From Lama glama (taxonomy: Eukaryota): a stretch of DNA of 64,000 nt. The stretch lies in contig CM052817.1 in NCBI GenBank assembly GCA_028534125.1, positions 83,888,001 through 83,952,000 on the forward strand, in the 5' to 3' direction. The translations under genes were made by a program, and so were the position numbers. The notes under the pieces were generated by a model. That model saw only the letters and a program-made list of their open reading frames with translations, was not told where the DNA came from and made no database searches. Each line of letters begins with the position of its first letter. The stretch's first letter is position 1. Below, in pieces: positions 53,225-64,000 of this stretch.

Positions 53225-53299
53225 AGAGTGATGAAATAGCAAGTACTTTCTTTGGCCATAGATTTAATATTTGCAAAAAGAACCCAACAAAAAAAGTAC

Positions 53300-53455
53300 C
53301 TTTAAATTGCATTTCCCATTCTCGAACGCTTTCCATTTGTACGGCATTCAAATCTGAGAGATCATCGTATTCATCTTTAAGTGCATCTTTATCTAGGCAA
53401 AATGTTGCTAGTCCTCTGGAGGCATCCCTACCAGCAAATATTCCATATGGGCCCT
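53300..53455 (-). CDS. PGRMC2: PGRMC2 exon 2 ([52 protein letters not shown])
   Basis: MAPR motif [11 protein letters not shown]; acceptor TTCCCTAG; donor G|GTACTT; 156 nt; phases consistent with flanking exons. Confidence 0.98.
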
Positions 53456-54660
53456 CTAGGGAAGAAAAGAAATTATTTAGATTACCTAACAATACTTTAG
53501 AATGTCTCAAAGAAAAAAGTCAAATAAAAGAAACCTCATGACATATTTGGTACAAACCCTTAATTTCAAAACATGCACAGACACTAGATGCAATAATGAG
53601 AAGAAATTTCTTGGAAATCTGTCTTTTGACCAAAGTAAAGTGTTTCACTAAAAATTTAAACTTTAAATTTCAATTATTTCAGATACTCAAAAACATATTC
53701 AAAGATTGAGACTGTGAAGTATTAGGGAGAAGAGGAAACTTGAACAGTCTGGTTTGGAAGCCAGTTTTCTTGAGAGGAAATGATGCTTTACTGATTACTG
53801 CTAATTAACTGTGGCATCTAAAAATAATCAACAGAACATCGCCTAGATATGTATATGGCCATAAGGAACAGTTCTTTCAACTGACACAAAATGATTAGCA
53901 TTTTGTCCAAGGAATCAGGAATCACCCTGTCTAAGGAGGAACAGCTAACAGAAGTGAGCCATTCCCAAAGTTTGTCCTTGAGGGCAGAAACTGTCTTGCA
54001 CTTCTCTGTTTCCTCAGTGCCCAACACAGTGCCTGACATGAAGTAGGAACATAATAAATTTCTTCATATGAATTAACTGCAATTTCAAATAAGGAGAAAC
54101 TCTAGATTTTGACCCTTTAAAAAGATTCACTTATGATAAAATCTCCACCCAAATTCATGATGATAAAGACACTTCACTTTTTAAAAACACATATAATAGA
54201 CAAAATCCAAACAGCCTACTTTTCTATATCAAGAATTTGGTTACATAAATTATAGCACATTACTTCTATGGAATAGTATATAGCTATCAAAAAGAATGAG
54301 GCAACTCTACATGTACAGGCACAGAAAGAAGTCCATGACATATTAACTAAAAAAAGGAATTCAGAAGAGTATATAGTATGACTTGCTCTGAATTAAAAAA
54401 GAATATACACATACACACATTTTACCCATGTTTGTATATGCATGGAAAAACATCAGGAAGAATACAGACCAAGTACTTAACAGCAGCAATGTTTCTGGGG
54501 AGGAGAGAATTCTACTTCATACAGTTGGTTAAGTCTGGCCATTTAAAAAATGATTTTTATAATACAAATCTTTTAAGGGTTAATTTTGTCTTCATCTTAG
54601 GCCGCAGAGAGCAGACCACTTAAATTTCCTGTTTAAAATGTTTTAAGAATTACACATGGT

Positions 54661-54800
54661 GGGGGGAGGGTATAGCTCAGTGGTAGAGTGCATGCTTAGC
54701 ACACATGAGGTCCTAGGTTCAAACCCCAGTACCTCCATTTAAAACAAACAAACAAACCAACCTAACTACCCCCCAAAAAAACACAAAAAAAACTTAAAAA
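54661..54800 (+). mobile_element. vic-1-like SINE in PGRMC2 intron 1
   Basis: GGGGGGAGGGTATAGCTCAGTGGTAGAG...GGTTCAAACCCCAGTACCTCCA, A-rich tail; CACATG repeated on both flanks. Confidence 0.88.
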
Positions 54801-55769
54801 AAATCACATGCTAATAAACAAGATTTCTAAAATAACATAATTTTACAAAAGAAAATACTGTTTTCCTGAGTCTTAAAGTTATCCATATATGACAAAGGTA
54901 ATTTAGAGAAAGTAATTTAAAAACCAGATTTACTGGTTTAACTATTACGAGCAACAGAGTAGTCAATAAGAGAGCTTATTGTCCAGTTAACAGAATAAAG
55001 TATTTTCTAATAAGTATACAAGTTAAAAAAAAAAAGGAAATTCCTTGATTTTTAAATGAGCAAAATAATATTTATACCCATATTCATATTTGAAAGCATT
55101 TAGGAAATTGAAAGTTATGTGTCAGAAAAATGTTTCTCTAAGAATAGAATTCAAGAATTTACTTAGAAAAAAATCTTAACTTTTATGAGCATTAATTTGA
55201 ACTTCAGAAATTACTATGCCATAAAGTTCTCTGAAAAGTTTATTGCATGAAATCAAAAGTGGCATTAGCAATAAATTTAAAAATATATTTTAAAATATCT
55301 TTTTATCTAAATATATTAATATCTAACATTAGATGTTACCTAAAATAAAGGTAATACTTCTAGTAACATACTTTTTTATTTTGCTTTTCCAATCTTAATT
55401 ATTTTCCATACTGCTACTTAATATTAGGTGACTATCACAATTAACATTTAATAGTTATATATTTTCCCACTGAATGGCTATACCTATAATTTATTTAACC
55501 ATTCTCCTATTAATATAAACTTAGGCTACCATTTTATATGTTTAAACTTGTCTTCTATATAAGAAAATGGGACACTTTCAATTAACAATTGGGCAACATT
55601 TACAGCTTTCAAACTTTGCCCATTATCTCAACTGGTATTCAAAAGGGTATGATTAAACATTTAAGAGAAAGAAACTCAATACTGTTTGTATGTACAGAGT
55701 AAAATCTGAAGATTTTTCGTTGGAGTTGATTATTTTGGAGAAACATTAACTTTTAAAACTAAGCAAGGA

Positions 55770-55773
<4 letters not shown>

Positions 55774-55806
<33 letters not shown>

Positions 55807-55840
55807 CACACACACATATATACACACACACACACACACA
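55774..55840. repeat. (AT)n/(AC)n compound microsatellite
   Basis: Direct reading. Confidence 0.93.
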
Positions 55841-58800
55841 ACTAGTGCGATTTTTTTTTCTTGACAAACAACAAAAAAAATCTTTGAACATTATATAGGC
55901 TCTTAATGCTGATTGAACCAGTGCTTACAAACTTAAAACAGTGAATCAAACACACAAAAGGAAAAATAAAACTGATCAGGGTTATGAATACCTACAAATG
56001 TAAAATGAGAATTTCAACTTTGTGAGCATTTCCTAGCATTCTGACTCCTCTCACAGTATTGCAAAGTGGAAGGGACAGTTTTTGCCTTCCCTATTTGGCA
56101 GATGAACAGGAGCAGAGGCATTCCTGACTTGCCTAAAATTACTGACAGAATTGGGAAGTACTATTTTCTACTTTTCTAACTTCGCCAAACACAGTACATT
56201 TTGAGAAAACTTAACACAAACCCAAAGATGGAATGACAACCCTGAAAACTGAAGCATTTCACTAATCACAAAATTTCAGGCGAATGGCTAGTTTAGAATA
56301 CCTGTTAAATCAAAATGGAAGAGCATGAACAAAAAAGGTGTAGGAGACATCGACAGCTTTTCTTAGCGCTGTCTTGTAATATTTCCCTCCTTGGCCTATA
56401 AAAGTCAGTCTACTTCAGGACACTTGAGAGTACCAACCATGAAACACATCCAAATGGTAAAAAGGAGAGAGAAAAAAGATGATCATTATAAAAATAGGAG
56501 TCAGAAAACCCTCCATCTTTCAGTATAGTAATACACCAGCACATTCTCTAGCAAAATTCTCCATCAGCTCCCCTAGGGAAGTCTCAACATTGAATGATGT
56601 AAAAACAAAACTTTATAAAACATATTATTTTTTTGGTTTGGTAAGAGTGAACTTGAGTCAACAGTTAATAACCCAAGGCTAATTCTAGAGAAAATGATGT
56701 TTTGTTAACTGTTGAATAGAAAAGAATGATTCAATGATTAACATATTTCCCCACTCTCTAAACTATATTAAGCTGTCCTCTCCACATGTTTTGAATTTCC
56801 CTCAGGAAGCATTTAACTTCTGAAAAGGATTTTTTGAAAACAGTTTTCTTTGCTTTTTCCCATGAGACCATAAAGAACATAATATTAAGAACTATAGTTG
56901 GAAAAGGATGGGTTACTCAGAGAAAGGATTTGAAGTCTAGTTAAAGCATATTTCTCTGCATTCCTAACACAATCAGAAGCATATCTGAGAAGTCAGTAAG
57001 ACTTCTTTTCACTACCTACCCCCTTAACATAACAAACCTAAATGTTACTGATTCTAATATTTTGCTAACTATACTTGGCAATCCATAATAACAGAGCTAC
57101 TCAAGAAAAGCAAATTTTAAATGGTATGAGGTCTTTAGGTATGCTATAATTTTTTAAAAAGCTAGCTTATATAAACTAATCAGATTATTTTGACTATTAA
57201 GGCTCATTTAGACATTAACATTTCAGTAATAACTAAGAGAATCATACTCTTGCTTTATCAAAGACTAAAATATAATGCTGAAAAGGACTTATATAACAAA
57301 TATTCTAGGACATCATTTTAAAGATAAATCTTATTTCTAAGATATTGTTAAATATACCAAAATGACATTATACTAGTTAGAATTCAGATTTCATTAATAG
57401 TTTTAAGAGTTAGTACAACTTATGGTACAGATTTTTAAAGTTCAGAAATCAATAAATCTACCAATTAGTGCATCCTCAAACTGCTTTCTTTAATACAATC
57501 AAGTACAATAGGGTGACACAAGTTTAATGAGCAGAAACTTGCAGGAGGAAGTAAATATTTAATATGTATAACAGATAATTTTGTAACTATTAGAGTGATT
57601 ATCTAATTTTTTCTACCAATGAGGAGACACCTCACTAAAATGAAAACTGAACCCTGAACAAAAGAATGAGATGCAAGAAATGACAGTGAATAAAGAAAAT
57701 GATAATTATATTGGTAAATTTAAATGAAGACTGTTTTTAAAAAGTTAATAATTTAACTAATTTGGGGATAGAGTTTGAAAAACCACAGTAAAACCAAGTC
57801 TGGTAGTAATAACAGAAAAAATAGAATGCATCCAAATCAATAGGGCAGAAAAAGTGGATGAAAAGTATCAATCTGGGAAGGAAAAAAGGTGGCGAAAAAA
57901 GGCAAAGAAAAGTATGACAAAGAGAAATTACTAAATAAGATGCCAGAAATAAATCTAAATATACTAGCAGTGACAAAACATATAAACTGATTAAACTAAG
58001 TTGTTAAGACAGTATTGATTTTAAATTCAATGAAAAAAATCCAGCTATGTTATTCATAAGGGAAAAGTAAAATACAGATTGGCTGAAAGTAAAAGGATGG
58101 AAAAAGTAACACTGAGGTAATACTAATCAAACAAAGGCTGAAGTCAAATCTGAAAATCAGTACCGGCAATAAGGATGTTTATTCCTCTGCTCATTAATAC
58201 AGTATTGTCAGTTCTAGATCTAGTGCTAGAAAGCTTCAAAACACTTTATATACCCAATCTCTCTCTGAATAGCTGGCTCCTTCAGGTTTTTGCTTAAATA
58301 TCCACTCCTACTTTCTTGACAGACTAATATACATAAGGTACCTTTCTTAACCATCTAAAGTCCTTTGTTATCCTCTATTATATATCCTGTTCATTTCTTT
58401 CACAGCATATTTAATTACAAATTATAATCATTGAATGCTTGTTTATCATCTGCCTTTCTCAAAAGACCAGAAACTCCATAGGGTAGAGAGGCATGTTTTG
58501 AAGACTCAGAGAACTTGCATTTCTCAAAACATCTTATTTAGCCAATGATGTAATGAAATTCAGGCAATTCCTTCTTAGAATTTAAAAGTGGAGATGAAAT
58601 TCTGTATTAAAGATACTGAGACAGGATGCAGGCTCTCAGAGTACAGTAGTTATTTAGTGATGTCTGTCACAGGTACATGAGGGAGGGGTGGTCTATGTCA
58701 CATTGTTAAAAGAACTATTTAAAGAACTTAAATGGCTAACTCCAGATGTTACTAAATCTATTCCTTCCCCCCAACTTGAACAACATCTTCTGGTCCCATA

Positions 58801-59845
58801 TATGCTTTAAACTATCCTCTTATACTCTGTGTTAGTATTTAATACAAAATCTCTCATAGATTACAAAAAATGAAATGGTATTAAATTCAGAGGAGCTAAC
58901 CAAGTAGGTACTGTAGAAATAACTAGTATAAATTTGGGCAGAGTATCAAAATTCATTAGAAAACTTAGCTCATCCCTTTATCTGACTGGTAGGTAATGAA
59001 TGTGTATGAGCAATTGCCCTAACAACAAACCCAGCTGGCTTCAAAGCAAGAAACTAGGATGAGAGGCTAGTGTTAACAGGACATTCAGGAAAGAACAGGT
59101 TTGTCTATATGTTGCAACTCTTGTCTCAGCTGCATTTTGCAAACTTTAAACAAAAGTTAACATATTGAACATAAAGTTAAAAAAGGAGGAAAAACACATG
59201 AAAGGTATATGTGCTCCTTTCCCCTACCTCCTAAACATTAAGCATCTCATGGGGGTACTTCTTACATATTTTTTCTTTCCAGTGGAATTTACAAGGTTAT
59301 GTTGGAGAAAATATAGAGTTGGTATGTGTCAAAGAATACATAGGATGAAGGGAAAGCTATATATCAAAATATGTAAATGTGGATAGACTATTACAAAGGT
59401 GGATTGTATCATTTCTTGCCATTTTAAATATATTAAATATGTATTTTAATAATATATTAAAAAACACTGTTTTGGTAGAGTTCCATTGCAATAATATTAC
59501 ATCAAATCATTTAAAATTAAACCATCTGTTGGAGTCTTCCTCATCTATTACAACTCTGGAAATGTGAAATTGTATTATATTGTGACACAGTGAGAGGGGA
59601 CAGCCTGTGAAGCCAGTTAAGAGTGGGTTTGATTTCTAGCTTTGCCACTTAGATATGTGACTTTGGGAAAAATCTGAGTTTCAGTTTCCACATGTGTAAA
59701 ATGGAAACATTACTTATCTCCTAGGGCTGTTTGAAGATTAAGTAAGATAATAAACTCAAAATGGAGTGTCCTTCTTCTACCTTGACCTCTAGAAATCAAT
59801 GCTGTTGAATACAACTCTCTGGGAAGATGGAGCTACTCTATAAAG

Positions 59846-59992
59846 TGCACTGTCTAATATGGTAGCCATGTGGCTACTGAGCTCTTGAAATGTGGCTAGT
59901 GTGGGGAACTCAATATTCAATTACATTTACTTTTCATTAATTTAAGTTTAAACAGCTACCCCTGGCTTGTGGCTACCATATCAAACAGCACA
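59846..59992. mobile_element. MER3/MER33-like hAT MITE
   Basis: CTGTCTAATATGGTAGCCA...TGGCTACCATATCAAACAG inverted termini. Confidence 0.7.
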
Positions 59993-62734
59993 ATATAAAG
60001 TTATTAAAGTGTGTTTCTTTGAGGCTTTAAATCTTTATGAGAACCAGGAGAGGTCATACAAAATAACACCAGTGAGATTCTCTACAAGTTTATCCCAGAA
60101 TGCAATTTACCTAAAATAGAGTTGATAGGACTTGTTCTCAAATATATCTGGATTTGAATGCCATGTCTATGTGACCCAAGCCAATTTACTCCAAATTCCT
60201 AAACCTCAGACTCCCCATCTGAAGGACAGGATTATTTACTAACTTCACTGAAGCATTGTGGAAATGACAAATCAATGGATCTGATGTGGTAAGTGCTTAA
60301 GAAATCTGGTTTCTTTTCTCCTTCCATCTTCATTGTTCCTTACATGACCATTCTCCTGGCCAAGTGCCTGAACTGTTACTAAATTTAATATCGACAAATG
60401 TAGTTAATGCCAACTGTTTGCCATTATGTGTTCTCTCCACTAAATTAAACTGTTATTATTTAATTTTTTAAGAACTGGAACTTTAAAAATGTATGCTTAA
60501 CAAGAACAATATCGTCAACGTCAAAAAAGCCTCACAAAACAATCTTTTAATGCTAAAACCATTATTGAGAAATGAGAGTAGATACTGGCTAGGCATTGAA
60601 ACTAGGTTTTCTGGTTTCCTTTGCTCATTCTTAAGTTACGAAGAGTCTCAGATAAGGATTATTGCTTCTGAATTATTCTGCTACAAAACTGCTTGATTGA
60701 TTTGAGGACAGAAATGAAAATTAAAATCAAAACTCAAGTCCGTTTTGTAGCCAGAAATTTGGCTTCAGGACTTTTGGAAAAGTGTTATATCGTCTATTGA
60801 TGTGAAATATCAACATATTCAAGCCCATAAGATGATCTGGTTAACTTTAAGGTACCTTTCAATAATAAAACACTCCAGATATCTCTATTAGGTTGTTAAT
60901 CAAGAAGTACTTAGAATGAAATAACTGAATATCACTCTTAGCCTGCTCATGAGGACCTAGGAGTCAGTGGAAGCTAACCTAAACTAGCTTCTCTGTTGTT
61001 ATCTGGGGGGAGGGCGCTAACTGGCTCAAGCCACACAAAGGCTATCTAAATTATAACTATGACTCTTATCTTAATTTTAAAATTTCTGTTGCAGAACATT
61101 TGCCACTGGATGCTGCCAAACTGTCTATGACTGTTTCTTCCTAGCTATTTTCAGATAGTGGCAAGGCATTATCTATGAAGACTCATATGCTTCTTTGCAC
61201 TAATACTTCGGTTGCTTCACTGTCAGTTCAGATAGGGGCTACAAAAGCACATCTTCTAGTTGATTAAACTCTACGTTAAAAATCTCAATCTGTACACAAT
61301 TCCTAATCATTGAATACACATACTGTATAAATCCTTGACTAAAAAAAATTAACTACTTGGTCTGTCCGTTTAAATTTTGTACTTTGGCCCTACCATGTTA
61401 TCCCACACGCTCTTAAGTAAACAAACAAACAAAAAAGTATGTTAACCATTTCAGCTGATATGAGTAGGGAGACATCTGGTTTTCATATTTATATAACCAG
61501 AAGCAAATGACTTGGTTGGACTGAATGCAGATATACACATAAAATACAAGCAACTAAGACATATATAGTTCAACATGTAGAATCTCCAATTTCTTCTCTC
61601 TATTCCTATTAAGAAAGAACAAACCAAAAAATATCTTCCAGCACTTCTAACATATCTAACCACAAAAATCAGAAGTATATATTTTCAAGTGTCAATACAT
61701 CTCACTAACAGATTAAATCAACGAGGAAACCAACTTGTTTTTAGACTTGCCAATCCCCCGGAATTAAGGCTTGGATGTACTCTTTCAAATTAACAGGTCA
61801 CTCTAGGTTTCTAATTTTGTTGTTTACTTTTTATTGTAGTCACTTTTTTCTAAAGCTTAGAATAACTACAAAACCAGCATGTACAATGTTGCTCAATTTT
61901 ATGGTACAACAGGTTCCTTGAGTCTGAACTGAAGTTTATCAGCATAATCTGAAATGTATGCTCCAACTACATCGTAAAAGAAGTTTCTAAACCAAGTGCC
62001 CTACATAAACAGTTCTATGAAAGCAAAGTTCTAAAAATCATTAAATTTGCAGAACTGGTGCATGGGAATAGGAATTCATAGCTTTTTGAAAGTTTTTTTT
62101 CTCCTCAGTGAAAACACAATTAAGTCATAATCAACGTGGATTTGGATGTGTGTCTCCCTACCACACACACACACACACACACAAAAAGGATATAGAAAGA
62201 AACCAGATTGGCACGCCTCCTGGGTATATGAGCTCCACCCCCAAAACCAAAACTCAGGGCGAATAACCTTGCCAGCAGTTATTAGGAATCTGCATTCTGG
62301 TCTGTGTCATCCCACATACACTGTTAGTCTTGGAAAGCATCTCTCCATACCAAAACTGGTTTAAAAAAAAAAAAGAAGAAGACTCTAGAGGTGTTGCTTA
62401 TATGCCCGGACTTCACAGATTAGAGGGTTGGGACCTGGAACTACGTATACTTAAACGTGGCCTTATGGGCAGTAGTAGACGGAAAAGGGAGATCAACGGC
62501 AAAAGAATAGTAAAGAAAGGAAAGCTGTGAATTACAGGGCCTAAAACTTTAGGTCCCTACTTTAGAAATCTTGCCTCCCTTCTGCCCCCAACCATCCCAG
62601 GAATCAGAAAGCCCAGGAAAGGCTGAGGCGACAACTAAAAGGATTTTGAAAAACTCAGCACAGGAAAAGGCTGCGAGGAGAAATGGGATGGGGGAAAGAT
62701 GAAAGCTGAGAGCTGGTTCCTGGGGCAACATTGG

Positions 62735-63980
62735 GATCCGACTTTGGGGGGAAACGCCGTAGGTGCCCGAGCTCGGGTGTGTGTGGGGGGCGGGCCGTTT
62801 CAGATGCCGCAGACTAGGCGCGGGGGTCCAGACGTCGAGAAGGCTGGCAAACTAACCCGGTGCCCAGGCGCCTCCCCATCAGAAGGGGGATGCTCTTGAG
62901 CTGCAGGGGGTCCTCCCCCTCCCCTTCCAACTCCTCACCCGGGCCGTAGAACTTGCTGCCTTTGGTCACGTCGAAGACTTTCCCATTGACCGCGAGCAGG
63001 ATGCGCGGGTTGCGAGACCCGTCGTACTGGCGCAGCTGCTCCAAGCTGAAGTCCCGCTTCTTCATACGAGGCAGAGTGGCGGCAGGGCTCTCCTCGCCCG
63101 CCCCGGCCCCAGCGCCCAGACCTCGCCGCCCCCAGCGCACCCACAGCCGGTAGGCCCCCAGCAGCACCAGCGCCACAAGCGCCACGTTCAGCAGCATCTC
63201 CCCGCCCCCCGTCAGAAGCGCCAACGCCGCTGCCGCCCAGCCACCCCCTTCTGCTGCTGCTCCCGCGCTGCCGGGGCTCTCGCTGCTACCGTCGCTGCTG
63301 CTCTCGCTGCCACTCCCTAGGGTGCCTAGCTTCACGTCCCCATCACCCGCCGCCATCACTGCCCGCCAGCGCCTTCCTCCTCCTCCCCGCCCCCTGCCCT
63401 CCCCAACCCCACGACTGGCCCCGCCCATATGGGCCCTCCCAGCCAATAACGTGAGGGTAGGGGGTGGGGTCAGGCCGGCTCCCGATTGGGTGTTGACGGG
63501 GTAACGTAGTCTTGGATCTCTCCCTTCCCCTCCCTCCTTTTGCAGGCCGCGCTCGCGTGCGACGCCCCGCCCACCTCGACCCACATGTCTCTGCTTTCTC
63601 CAGTCACCTCCTCTAGTTGAAGCAAAAGAGAGGGGCGGGCCTGAAGAAAAAAAGCTGCGCCGGCCGCGCGCGCGCATGGGCGGGGCGAGACTACGGCGCG
63701 TGCGCGGGTTTCGGGCGCCACGCGCTCGCCTTTCCTCTGCAACCTTACTGGGAGGCACGCTCCGCCCAGTCCCCTCGCTGTGCGCGTGCGCCCAGGAATC
63801 GCTTCCCTTCCCAGGTTTGGGTTTGCGTCCGCGAACTCCCGCCTCTTCACTCTCTCTCCGCCCGAGAGCTTGGCGTGCGCGGAGGCGGCTGCTGAGGCGG
63901 GGTCTGCCCTAGCGCCTTTCGGAGGGCGCGGGCTGGTAGTTTAGTGGGAGGCCGCGACATGGTTTTAACTGCTTTCGCAA
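62735..63980. promoter_or_regulatory. CpG island and PGRMC2 promoter
   Basis: Very high GC and CpG density versus the AT-rich remainder. CCAAT boxes at 63443-63447 (+) and 63485-63489 (-); GC boxes at 63632-63639 and 63678-63685; NRF1-like TGCGCGTGCGC at 63781-63791. Confidence 0.92.
62939..63356 (-). CDS. PGRMC2: PGRMC2 exon 1 CDS ([11 protein letters not shown]...TM helix...KFYGP), membrane-associated progesterone receptor component 2
   Basis: Recognisable PGRMC2 N-terminus, TM segment [18 protein letters not shown] and start of the cytochrome b5-like domain; donor G|GTGAGG; 418 nt. Confidence 0.98.
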
Positions 63981-64000
63981 ACTGATAAGGGGTGTCTCTC

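Noticed and set aside
1309..62731. Remaining short ORFs in the six-frame track
   Set aside because: They fall in repeats or AT-rich non-coding DNA, often with non-ATG starts, and show no recognisable domains or splice support.
62814..63758. 314-aa ORF as a longer PGRMC2 protein
   Set aside because: It has a non-ATG start, runs through GC-rich promoter DNA where stops are rare, and reads past the exon 1 donor. The further in-frame ATG at 63677 is probably upstream of the main TSS.

Overview
Mammalian genomic DNA, most likely a camelid: four copies of a tRNA-Ala(AGC)-derived SINE resemble the camelid vic-1 family. Two convergent protein-coding genes are present. The last five coding exons of LARP1B (DM15 region and C-terminal tail) lie on + at 15002-22740, with a poly(A) signal at about 23724. 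The complete three-exon PGRMC2 gene (223 aa, CDS 63356 to 51718) lies on -, with a CpG-island promoter at the right end. The remainder is intron or intergenic DNA dense in transposons: L1, a near full-length Tigger1, MER8/MER2/Tigger2-type MITEs, hAT MERs, MLT1/MLT2, MER34-like and ERV1 solo LTRs, and MIR. A 500-N gap (10917-11416) is flanked by a 216-bp, 215/216-identical inverted repeat made of two otherwise old and diverged L1MC-type copies; this is the most unusual structure here. I see no novel multi-gene system. The best leads are that homogenised inverted repeat, an inverted LTR pair with a Sox-Oct motif, a strong CTCF motif, and several splicing, translation and protein features of the two genes. 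Repeat subfamily names and human-protein comparisons are from memory and need database confirmation.
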